DNA of 64,000 nt from Myxococcota bacterium (GTDB lineage Bacteria; Myxococcota_A; UBA796; UBA2385). Within the stretch, counting starts at the first letter, position 1; the number at the start of each line of letters is the position of its first letter. Made by a program: the position numbers and the translations under genes. The stretch spans positions 64,001 to 128,000 of the forward strand of contig JBIJDH010000003.1 of NCBI GenBank assembly GCA_044344255.1, in the 5' to 3' direction. This document shows positions 21,699 through 31,000 of this stretch, piece after piece. The notes beneath the pieces were generated by a model. It worked only from the letters and a program-made list of their open reading frames with translations. It made no database searches and had not been told where the DNA came from.

Positions 21699-23984
21699 TC
21701 ACCTCGCCGCCCGGGCGACCTGCCGCTCCCAGGCGTCCAGGACCTGTGCCACCAGCATCTTCGCCGGGGTCTCTCCGTCCAGCTCCAGCGCCAAGAGGTC
21801 GGGTGCCAGCAGCCGCCCCCGTGCGCGGTCCTGCTCGTCGCGTGCGCCCAGTTGGGCAGGCGTCACTCCGCGTCGTCTGGCGCGCAGTCCGAGTGGGGCG
21901 TCCAGCCACACCCGCAGCCCTGCCGCGATGCTGCGGCCGAGGCCCCGGCCGACCAGGACCGCCGCGGTCCGCTGTGCGACGCCCAGCTCGGCCTGGATGG
22001 TGGCGTCGACATCGGGGTGCCCACAGCGGTCGGAGAGCGGGGAGCCTGGCATGTCCATTTGGGTGCGCGTGGCCAGCTCCCGGGCTCGTGCACCGGTGTC
22101 CAGAAAGGTCCAGCCCAGGACATCGGCGACAGCGCGGCCGAGGGTGGACTTCCCCGCGCCCGCCGTCCCGTCGATGGTGATAATAGGTAGGGTTGGCCCC
22201 GGCTTCTCGGCCACGACGAGCCAGAAGCGGGGCACTCCACAGTCGGCCGCTTCGGTGGGTTCGACGACTTTTCGCAGGACCAGACCTGCGAGATCGATGG
22301 CGGTGACCCAGTCCCCGAAGCTTCGGTGCAGGACCGTCACGGGCTCGGGCCGGCCAAACCAACGATATGCGCGGGGGCCCGTCCGGTCGTAGTCGCGCAC
22401 CCTCGCTGCGCCGTCCTCCGTCCACCGCGCGCCCGGCGGCGTGGCCGTGCGCAGCGGGTGCTCGGTCGATAGGACAAGGCGCCCGCCGGGTCTCAGCGCG
22501 CCTGCGGCGTTTCGCAGCGCCCCTCCGAGGTCTTCGACGTGGTCGAGTGAGCAGGGGGCGACAGCGGTGTCGAAGGGACCGGGCAGCGAGGCGGTGTCCA
22601 GCGATCCTTCAATCAGCTGGAATCCGGGCAAGGAGCGGCGCCGTGCGGCGGCCGCCATGGGCTGGCTAGCCTCCACGCCCACCACCTCGGCCCCGTGGGG
22701 TACCAGCAGAGCGGCAAAGCGCCCATCTCCGCAGCCCAGGTCGACGACCCGGTGTCCCTTGAGCCCCTCCGGGCCGGGCAGCGCCCGCAGCATGACCGCG
22801 TTGAGGACCCGGTGGTCGCGCAGCGCGCCCGACTGGGAGGCTGCGAGGTAGCGCGCGGCCCAGCCTGGCTCGGTGTAGGCCAGCGCCGGGGCCGACGGTT
22901 GGGTGGACTCCGCCGCGGGGCTGTCCAGCAGGCCGAGGGTGCGCAGCAGGTCGGCCACGGCACCGGCGGGGTCGTCCAGCGTTCCATGCCAGTCCGGCCG
23001 TGCCGCCGGATCACGGGGAGCCCGGCCCACCTCGAGCGGCACGATGCTCAAGCCAACTGCACGGTCAGCCGGCGGTGGGGACACCTCGCCGATGCGTACA
23101 AGCGTGGCGCCGCTCTCGCCGGGGCTCACGAGGCGGACTCGGCCGCGCGACCATCCCAGCAGTCGCTCCCGCAGCATCGTATATCCGGAATGCCCGGCGC
23201 CATCGGTGAGCAGGCCGACGGGGACCGGGGCGCCCCCTGTGAGCTCCAACGCAGGGTCTGGCCCGGTGACCAGACCCAAACGCGATTGGACGCTCCCTGG
23301 CAGCACCTGGAGGGCCACCCACCAGGCTGCCGCGGGCCAGGCCGCCTCTGCGACGCCGATGACGGGCACACAACAGGTGCGCTGTAGCGTGGTCGCGTCC
23401 GCGCCGCGAAGGAGCACCGCGTCGGGGACCATGTGCAGCGCCGAGAGGCCGGCCTGCGCTGGCTTCGTGGAGCTCCGCCCGCCGGGCAGCGACACGCCGC
23501 ATGTGACGTGCAGGTGGGCGGCCGGGGGTCCGAAGGCCAGCAGCATCGCGCCCAGGACGAGGCGGTGCTCCGGCTCTCCCGCCGTGCCGCCGACCTCGAC
23601 CACGCGGCGCGGCGCCTCTGGCCAGGAAAAGGCGCTGGCGAGGGTGGGCAGAAGGCGAGGCGAGGCGTCGATGCCGTCCAGTCCTGCCAGTCCCCGGCGG
23701 AGCAACCCAGCGAGGCTGGTGTCTGCTTCGGGTGCAGGCCGGAAGCCGGGAACGAGAAAGGCCGCCCGTCCCACGTCGGCGTCAAATGCCAGACCATCGT
23801 CGGTTTCGATCACATCTCCAAAGTGGGCGTTGGAGAATCCTTTGAGATCGCCCTGAAGGCAGGGCTCCACCTTGCGGTAGTCCACTGGACCCGCGCTTCG
23901 CGCCCACCAGCGGGCGAGGACGGCCGCGCAGCTCCCCTTGCCGATGTCAGCGGCCACGCCGCCCGTGACGAGGACCCAGCCCAT
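21699..23984 (-). CDS. Triple fusion: CTP-synthase-like amidoligase + class I SAM methyltransferase + cytidylate-kinase-like domain
   Basis: VTGGVAADIGKG, DDGLAFDADVG, EVGGTAGE, STKPAQ (PyrG N-domain); VVDLGCGDG (MTase); ITIDGTAGAGKST..LGWTFLDTGA (Cmk); TGATG coupling to the upstream gene. Confidence 0.8.
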   Translation of the reverse strand: MGWVLVTGGVAADIGKGSCAAVLARWWARSAGPVDYRKVEPCLQGDLKGFSNAHFGDVIETDDGLAFDADVGRAAFLVPGFRPAPEADTSLAGLLRRGLAGLDGIDASPRLLPTLASAFSWPEAPRRVVEVGGTAGEPEHRLVLGAMLLAFGPPAAHLHVTCGVSLPGGRSSTKPAQAGLSALHMVPDAVLLRGADATTLQRTCCVPVIGVAEAAWPAAAWWVALQVLPGSVQSRLGLVTGPDPALELTGGAPVPVGLLTDGAGHSGYTMLRERLLGWSRGRVRLVSPGESGATLVRIGEVSPPPADRAVGLSIVPLEVGRAPRDPAARPDWHGTLDDPAGAVADLLRTLGLLDSPAAESTQPSAPALAYTEPGWAARYLAASQSGALRDHRVLNAVMLRALPGPEGLKGHRVVDLGCGDGRFAALLVPHGAEVVGVEASQPMAAAARRRSLPGFQLIEGSLDTASLPGPFDTAVAPCSLDHVEDLGGALRNAAGALRPGGRLVLSTEHPLRTATPPGARWTEDGAARVRDYDRTGPRAYRWFGRPEPVTVLHRSFGDWVTAIDLAGLVLRKVVEPTEAADCGVPRFWLVVAEKPGPTLPIITIDGTAGAGKSTLGRAVADVLGWTFLDTGARARELATRTQMDMPGSPLSDRCGHPDVDATIQAELGVAQRTAAVLVGRGLGRSIAAGLRVWLDAPLGLRARRRGVTPAQLGARDEQDRARGRLLAPDLLALELDGETPAKMLVAQVLDAWERQVARAAR

Positions 23985-24790
23985 CAGGCCGCCGCCTTCG
24001 CCGAAGCGCCAGCGTGGGGGGAGCGTCGTAGCCAGTCGGCCTCGGGTGTCACCCGCGCCGTCCGGAGGTCCAGGCCCGCCTGCCGCCCCAGTGTTGCGAG
24101 GAGGCGCGCGGACAGGGCGAGGGTGGCGAGGGGGTCGACGGGGCAGGGGAACGTAATGATCTGGACGGTCGGCGCATGTTCGGCGATCCAACCGGCGACA
24201 GCCTGGGGGAGGGAGTCGCCCAAGTAGAGCACCGTGCCGCCTCGCCGAGCCAGTCGTGCGTGCCACCCGTGGCCAAGCTCGGATGTCGCAGTGGCGCTGA
24301 GGTCCAGCTCGGGTACCTTCGCTCTCACGCTGCCGGATAGGCTCTGCAGGGCCTCGCTTCCGGCGTCCGTGACCATCAAGAGCTCGTGTCGGTCCAGTGG
24401 AGGCAGGACCAGCTCCTCGGGCCGCCATGGGGTGAGCTCCAGCTCCTCTCGAAGGCGCAGCGCGGCGGCCTCGACCCAATCCAGCGGCACCCAGGCGTGG
24501 GGGTCCACCCCGGCGGGCACCTCCAAGCGTGGCGCCCACGGGTTGCCCCGCGCTCCGGCCTCACAGAGCAGCAGATCGGGCTGGAGCCCCATCGGCATCG
24601 CGGCGCTGCGGCTGACGTGAACGTGCACCATCCGCCCATGCGGCGCGTCGGGGAGCGCCGCCGTTGCGGGACGGCCGAGCTGCATGAAGGTCGCTGCCGC
24701 TGCTCGGGCGATCGCGAGGGAGGCGCCGATGCCGGTCCAGAGCATGGGCGCGTGGTCGAGGTGGGCCGAGATGTCGGGGGGCCGGATCAT
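23984..24790 (-). CDS. GlmS/FrlB-like double SIS (sugar isomerase) protein, divergent
   Basis: WTGIGAS and HVSRSA (SIS1); AKVPE...SELGHG resembling GlmS LKLKE...GELKHG (SIS2); GGAG RBS. Confidence 0.6.
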   Translation of the reverse strand: MIRPPDISAHLDHAPMLWTGIGASLAIARAAAATFMQLGRPATAALPDAPHGRMVHVHVSRSAAMPMGLQPDLLLCEAGARGNPWAPRLEVPAGVDPHAWVPLDWVEAAALRLREELELTPWRPEELVLPPLDRHELLMVTDAGSEALQSLSGSVRAKVPELDLSATATSELGHGWHARLARRGGTVLYLGDSLPQAVAGWIAEHAPTVQIITFPCPVDPLATLALSARLLATLGRQAGLDLRTARVTPEADWLRRSPHAGASAKAAA

Positions 24791-24921
24791 GATTGCTCCA
24801 TTTAGGGTCTTGGAGAGGGACGCGCCGGCGAAGCGGAGGCGGACAGAGCTCGGCCGTGTTCAAGAGCGCAGTCGGCGCCCCCCCGGGTGAACAAACGCCC
24901 GCCCGAGGCCACCGCGGGGAG

Positions 24922-27816
24922 GTGAAGCTCCGCCGCCCCCCCGCGCTCTCTCCTTCGTGCACCTCGCCCCCGCTCCGCGCCAGGCTCGCCCGCGCCCTGG
25001 TGTCGCTGGCGCTGGTCGCCGCGGCCCGGGGCGCGCCCGCCGGGGCCCGGCCTGCCGACGCCGCGCTCGGCGGCCCGGTTGACCTCATCCTCGGGCCCGG
25101 CGCCTGGTGGGCGGAGGGCACCGAGCTCACGGACGGGCTGTGCTCGGCCCGCTTCCGTGAGGGGATGCTCATCCCGGTCGTGGCCCGCGGCGCCCCCGAC
25201 CGGCGCCTCGGCCTCGCCTTCGTGGGGGAGGGTGACCTCCGGCTCGAGCTCCCCGCGCGCGCCGACGCCTGGGCCTTCGCCAACCTCGCCGTGCTGCGCT
25301 TGGGCGCCGATCGCGCCGCCATGGCCCCGATCGCACACCAGGAGCGCCCCTTCACCGACACCTTCAGCCGCGCGCTGCTGCTCAGCGCCGATCCCGCGCT
25401 CTCCATCGTCACCGCCGGGCTCGATCCTGTGGGGGGCGGGGTGGTGGGCGGACAGCCAGGGTCCGACGTCGACGCCGAGCTGGTGGTCACGAGCGACCGC
25501 GGGGAGGGCACGCGCCGCCTGCTCGCCGAGGCCCTCCTCACCGAGCGCACGCGGCGCCTCCAGCAGGTGGGGCTCGACCCCCGAGAGCTGCTCCGCCTCG
25601 ACCGGGTGCTCGCCGACGGCCTCGGCGCGCCCGGCGCCTCGCTCCGCCTCCTCGCCGACTACCGCACCGAGGCACGCTTCCCCACCGGCCGAGGCGAGGC
25701 CGGGCCGGACCCGGGCGAACCCTGGCTGACCTGCCTCCGGGACGGCACCGATCACGGCGACACGGGGCTGCGCGCGGTGGCGTTCGCCGCAGGCACCGAT
25801 GGGGAGCGGGTGCCGCACTACCGGACCCTCGCCGGCCTGCCCTTCCCCGAGGTGGGCGGTGAGCCCGGGCCGAGCCCGAGCTTCGTCGACCCGCGGGTCG
25901 AGCTGGAGGTGGAGGTGAAGCCGACCCGCTCCCGCCTGGAGCTGGAGGTCCACAGCCGCGCCCGCGTCACGCTCACCGCCGCCGAGCCCGGCGTGGCGCG
26001 CCTGCTGCTCCGGCTGCCGAGGGAGGAGGCGGTGGCCGGGAGCTGGGCGCTCGAGCGCGCCGCCCTCGACGGCGGAGCTGGGTTGAGCTGGGCCGAGGCG
26101 CCGATCCTCGAGCCGCTCCCCCTCGAGGCGGGTTCGCGGGTGGCGCAGGGCCTGCCCCCAGAGCGGAGCGAGGCCGGGGGGACGCTCGGCCTGGCCTACG
26201 AGGGCAAGGGCAGCGACAGCCCGATGAAGGGGCCGACCTCCACGGCCTCCGCGGCCCCCACCCCGGGCGTGCAGGGCGGCGCCGGCTGGTTCGTGCGACC
26301 GCAGATCCCCCGCACCTTCGGGGAGCGTGTCGCCACCCCCCACGATGCGCCCCTGGCCGTGCTCCTCGCGCTGCCCCGGCCGCTCGACCGCGGGGAGACC
26401 CTCACCCTGAGGCTCGCCTGGCGGGCACGCTGGACCTACGCCGCCTGGGGGAGCATCCGCAGCCCCGAGGACGGGGACCGGCCGATCTCGCTCGGCGCCT
26501 CGACGGGGGCCCGGAGCCTGCTGCCGGAGCTGGTCCCGGCGCGGGGAGGCACCCCTTGGACCGGGACGGTGACGGTCGGCCTGCCGCCGCGGGACCTCGA
26601 CCTCGCGGTCTCGGGCACCACCGCCGCCGAGCGGGTGGACGAGGGCGGCTGGCGCTGGACCACCTCGACCCTCGACCACGCCCGCCGGCCGGCCCTCGCG
26701 GTCGGGCGCTGGGTGGACCGGGCCGAGGCCGCCCTCCCCGACGCCGGCCTGCCTGCGGTGCGGGCCCACACCTTCAGCGGAGGGCCCGCCACCCTCTCGG
26801 AGCTGGGCCCCGAGGTGCGGCGGGTGCTCATCTTCCTCGGCCGCTTCCTCCCCACCGCGGGCCTCGGCGAGTTCGACGTCTTCGAAGATCCCCAGACCTT
26901 CACCACCGACGTCGACCGCGGCGCCGACGCCCGCGCGAGCGGCCTCGGCGCCATCTCGCGCACCGCGGTGGTCGACACCGTCGACGCCGACCGGGCCGCG
27001 CGCCAGGACCGCGCCGCCCCCCAGACCGCCCTGGCGCGCCAGGTGGCGGCCTCCGTCTGGGGCCAGCGGGTGGGGCCGGCCAACCGGCGCGAGGCCTGGC
27101 TCACCCGCGGCCTCGCCGACCTCTACGGGGCGCTCTACCTCCGCGCCGCGCAGGGTGAGGCAGGCTTTCTTGCCTTCGAAGCGCGCCTCGATCGCGCCCG
27201 CGCCGCCATCGAGCGCCCGCCGGACGGCAACCGCCTCGACGGGCGGCCCGCGGTCCCCCGCCTCTCGCTCACCGACCCCGGCTCCCTCCGCGTCGAGGAC
27301 CCCGGGCTGCTCGACCAGGCCGCCTTCTTCTTCCTCGGCCGGGTGCTCCGGGAGCATGTGGGTGACGACGCCTACTTCGCCGGCCTCGACCGCCTCGCCC
27401 GCGACACGGCGGGCGGGCGAGTGACCACCGACCAGCTCCGCGTGGCCCTCGAGGCCAGCTCGGGCCTCCCCCTCGCCGACCTCTTCGACACCTGGGTCTA
27501 TGGGGGCCTCGTGCCCGGCCTCCGCCTCGACTACGCGCAGGCCCCGGACGGCGGGCTCGAGGGCTGCCTCGAGAGCGACGTGCCCTTCGGCGTCCTCGAG
27601 GTGCCCGTCGTCGTCCGCCGAGCGAGCGGGGAGCGGGTGGCCGCCGCCCGCGTGCGGGTCGTGGATGGACAGGGGGCCTTCACCGTGCCGGCCGACCCGC
27701 GCTGGGCCGCCGAGCGGCTGGAGGTGGCGCTCGACCCCCTGAGCCAGCTCCCGGCCCGCGCGCGGGACGTGCAGCGAAAGGAGCGGGTCGCCTGCGGGGC
27801 GTCCACAGCGCCCTGA
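24922..27816 (+). CDS. Secreted M1 aminopeptidase-fold protein, probably catalytically inactive
   Basis: LARQVAASVWG..AWLTRGLA in place of HEXXH..W/NEG; LREHVGDDAYF, VTTDQLR, FDTWV; start uncertain. Confidence 0.65.
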   Translation: MKLRRPPALSPSCTSPPLRARLARALVSLALVAAARGAPAGARPADAALGGPVDLILGPGAWWAEGTELTDGLCSARFREGMLIPVVARGAPDRRLGLAFVGEGDLRLELPARADAWAFANLAVLRLGADRAAMAPIAHQERPFTDTFSRALLLSADPALSIVTAGLDPVGGGVVGGQPGSDVDAELVVTSDRGEGTRRLLAEALLTERTRRLQQVGLDPRELLRLDRVLADGLGAPGASLRLLADYRTEARFPTGRGEAGPDPGEPWLTCLRDGTDHGDTGLRAVAFAAGTDGERVPHYRTLAGLPFPEVGGEPGPSPSFVDPRVELEVEVKPTRSRLELEVHSRARVTLTAAEPGVARLLLRLPREEAVAGSWALERAALDGGAGLSWAEAPILEPLPLEAGSRVAQGLPPERSEAGGTLGLAYEGKGSDSPMKGPTSTASAAPTPGVQGGAGWFVRPQIPRTFGERVATPHDAPLAVLLALPRPLDRGETLTLRLAWRARWTYAAWGSIRSPEDGDRPISLGASTGARSLLPELVPARGGTPWTGTVTVGLPPRDLDLAVSGTTAAERVDEGGWRWTTSTLDHARRPALAVGRWVDRAEAALPDAGLPAVRAHTFSGGPATLSELGPEVRRVLIFLGRFLPTAGLGEFDVFEDPQTFTTDVDRGADARASGLGAISRTAVVDTVDADRAARQDRAAPQTALARQVAASVWGQRVGPANRREAWLTRGLADLYGALYLRAAQGEAGFLAFEARLDRARAAIERPPDGNRLDGRPAVPRLSLTDPGSLRVEDPGLLDQAAFFFLGRVLREHVGDDAYFAGLDRLARDTAGGRVTTDQLRVALEASSGLPLADLFDTWVYGGLVPGLRLDYAQAPDGGLEGCLESDVPFGVLEVPVVVRRASGERVAAARVRVVDGQGAFTVPADPRWAAERLEVALDPLSQLPARARDVQRKERVACGASTAP

Positions 27817-27847
27817 GCCTCCTGCTGAGCACGGTGAGCCCTCTGCT

Positions 27848-27966
27848 GGGCGCGGTCCGTCCGCCGCGGGCATCCGCCACGGGCCGAGGGTGGAGACGGG
27901 CGCCTTTGGGTGTACCTGGAAGCGTGTGTCCCGCTCGCGAGAGGTCTTATTGTAGGTGCATGATGG
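27848..27966. repeat. Direct-repeat copy of the 3' end of the radical SAM gene (33722-33840)
   Basis: 119 bp, 11 mismatches, no gaps, by manual alignment. Confidence 0.92.
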
Positions 27967-28034
27967 TGTCCGAGTCGGCCGCACCGGCGCCGCCCGGCAC
28001 ACCTCTCCGACACCGCTCCGAATTCGAGGAACCG

Positions 28035-31000
28035 ATGCACCGAGCCCCCCCGCTTCGCCCCTTGGTGCTGCTCGCCACCTCTCTCCTCGCCTGCGGTCCC
28101 GAGGATGGGGGCACCCCGATCGACAGCGCGCCCTCGGAAGAGCCGACGGCGCCGCTCGCGGGGGCCGCTACACCGGACGGCGCCTCAGACGGCTGGCTCG
28201 CCACGGTTCAGGAGCGCATCGCCGCCGAAGGTCGGGCCTTCCACCTGCGCGAGGGCGCATTCATGGCGGACCTGCCGACCGCGGGCCTGAGCGCGCGGCT
28301 GGACGCGGAGGGGGTCGAGGTCTCGGGTGAGGGGGGCGAGGTGCTGCGCCTCCGCAGCTCGGCCTGGGGGCGTGGCGGGGACCTCCTCTCGATCGGGGCG
28401 CGCGCGCCGGCGCTGGGGGACTGCACCGCCGCCCTGGACGCCTCTGGCACCTGCGTCCGTCGGGTCGAGCTGGAGGAGGCCGGGCTCACCGAGTGGTGGG
28501 TGGGCCTCGGAACGGGGCTGGAGCAGGGCTGGGTGGTCGAGGCCCCGCCCGCGGGTGAGGGGGCCCTGGTGGTGGTGGTAGACGTCGAGGGGGCCACAAG
28601 CATCGACGCCGACGGCGAAGAGGCCACGCTCTTCGACGGCGAAGGGCGCATGTGGATCGTCGGCGGCGTCTCGGCCTGGGACACGGAGGGCGAACCGCTG
28701 CCCACGCGGCTCCTGGCCACGGACGCGGGGCTGCGCGTGGAGGTCGACGACACAGGGGCGGTCTACCCGGTGGAGATCGATCCGGTCTACACCACCGCGG
28801 CCACGACGCTGACCGGGGAGGCGACAGGCAATTGGTTCGGCTGGTCGGTGTCGGGCGCGGGGGACGTGAACAACGACGGCTACGACGACGTGATCGTGGG
28901 GGCGTGCAATTATTCCTCCGGCACTGGTCGCGCCTATGTGTACACGGGGTCGGCCAGCGGGGTGTCGACCACCGCGGCGACGACGCTGACCGGGGAGGCG
29001 ACGGGCATCCGATTCGGCTGGTCGGTGTCGGACGCGGGGGACGTGAACAACGACGGCTACGACGACGTGATCGTGGGGGCGTTCAAGTATTCCTACTCCA
29101 CCGGTCGCGCCTATGTGTACACGGGGTCGGCGAGCGGGGTGTCGACCACCGCGGCGACGACGCTGACCGGGGAGGCGACGGGCAACCAATTCGGCTTGTC
29201 GGTGTCGGGCGCGGGGGACGTGAACAACGACGGCTACGACGACGTGATCGTGGGGGCGCTCAGGTATTCCTCCAACATCGGCCGCACCTATGTGTACGCG
29301 GGGTCGGCCAGTGGGGTATCGACCACCGCGGTGACGACGCTGACCGGGGGAGGGTCGGGCTACTACTTCGGCTTGTCGGTGTCGGGCGCGGGGGACGTGA
29401 ACGGGGATGGCTACGACGACGTGATCGTCGGGGCGTACGGGTATTCCTCGGACACGGGCCGGGCCTATGTCTACGCGGGGTCGGCGAGCGGGGTGTCCTC
29501 GACCGCGGCAACGACGCTGACCGGGGAGGCGACGGGCAACCAATTCGGCTGGTCGGTGTCGGACGCGGGGGACGTGAACAACGACGGCTACGACGACGTG
29601 ATCGTGGGGGCAACAGGGTATTCCTCGGGGACGGGCCGCGCCTATGAGTATGCGGGGTCGGCGAGCGGAGTGTCGACCACTGCCGCGACGACGCTGACCG
29701 GGGAGGCGACGTACAGCGAATTCGGCAACTCGGTGTCGGGCGCGGGGGACGTTAACAACGACGGCTACGACGACGTGATCGTGGGGGCAAGAGGGTTTTC
29801 CTCCACCGGCCGCGCCTATTTGTATGCGGGGTCGGCGAGCGGGGTGTCGACCAGCGCGGCGACGACGCTGACCGGGGAAGCGTCGTCCTACTATGGCCAT
29901 TCCGTGTCGGACGCGGGGGACGTGAACAACGACGGCTACGACGACGTGGTCGTGGGAGCGTCCTATTATTCCTACACCACCGGCCGCGCCTATGTGTACC
30001 TGGGCTACAGTGACGACGCTGACGGAGACGGATACGCAGTGGCCCTGGACTGCGACGACACGGACGCGGCGATCAACCCCGGCGCCACCGAGGTCTGTGA
30101 CGCATCAGACAATGACGAAGACTGCGACGGGCACACCGACGACGCCGACAGCTCGGCCAGCGCCGCCACGAAGACCAGCTACTACCTGGACAGCGACAGC
30201 GACGGATACGGCGGCTCCACCACCGGCACCTATTGCGACCTCCCCACCGGCTACACCGCGACATTTGCCGACTGCGATGACAGCGTCGCCGCCGTCAACC
30301 CCGGCGCCACCGAGGTCTGTGACGCCGCCAACACCGACGAGGACTGCGACGGCCTCAAGGATGACGCCGACAGCTCGGCCAGCGCCGCCACGAAGAGCAG
30401 CTACTACCTGGACAGCGATGGCGACGGCTTCGGTGGCTCCACCACTGGTGCTTATTGCGACCTCCCCACAGGCTACACCGCGACCTCCACAGACTGCGAT
30501 GACAGCGTCGCCACCGTAAACCCGGGCGCCACGGAGGTCTGCGACGCCGCCGACACCGACGAGGACTGCGACGGCCTCGCCGATGACGCCGACAGCTCCG
30601 CCGCCGCCGCCACGATGACCACCTGGTATCGGGACGCCGACTCCGACGGCTACGCAGGCACGGCGACGACCAGCACCTGCGACATGCCCACCGGCTATCT
30701 GTCCACGAGCACCGACTGCGACGACACCCAGGTTGCGGTGAACCCCGGGGCCACCGAGATCTGCGACGCCGCCAACACCGACGAGGACTGCGACGGCCTC
30801 TCTGATGACGCCGACAGCTCCGCCTCCGCCGCGACGAAGACCGGCTATTATCTGGACGGCGACGGCGATGGGTACGGCAGCACCACGAGCGCTGCCTGGT
30901 GCGATCTGCCCCCGGGGTACGCGACGGGCAGCACGGACTGTGACGACTTCGCGACCGGAGTCAACCCCGGCGCCACGGAGGTCTGCGACGCCGCCAACAC

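Noticed and set aside
21699..23984. Housekeeping pyrG or cmk
   Set aside because: Highly divergent, glutaminase lost, fused to a methyltransferase, and not in the usual gene context
27848..27966. DGR template repeat
   Set aside because: 4 of 11 mismatches are not at adenines, the target is an enzyme tail, and there is no RT or Avd
24802..28002. Long antisense ORFs (also 8092-10875, 39488-42268, 57348-59705, 30105-32228)
   Set aside because: Shadow frames of real genes in high-GC DNA; no motifs
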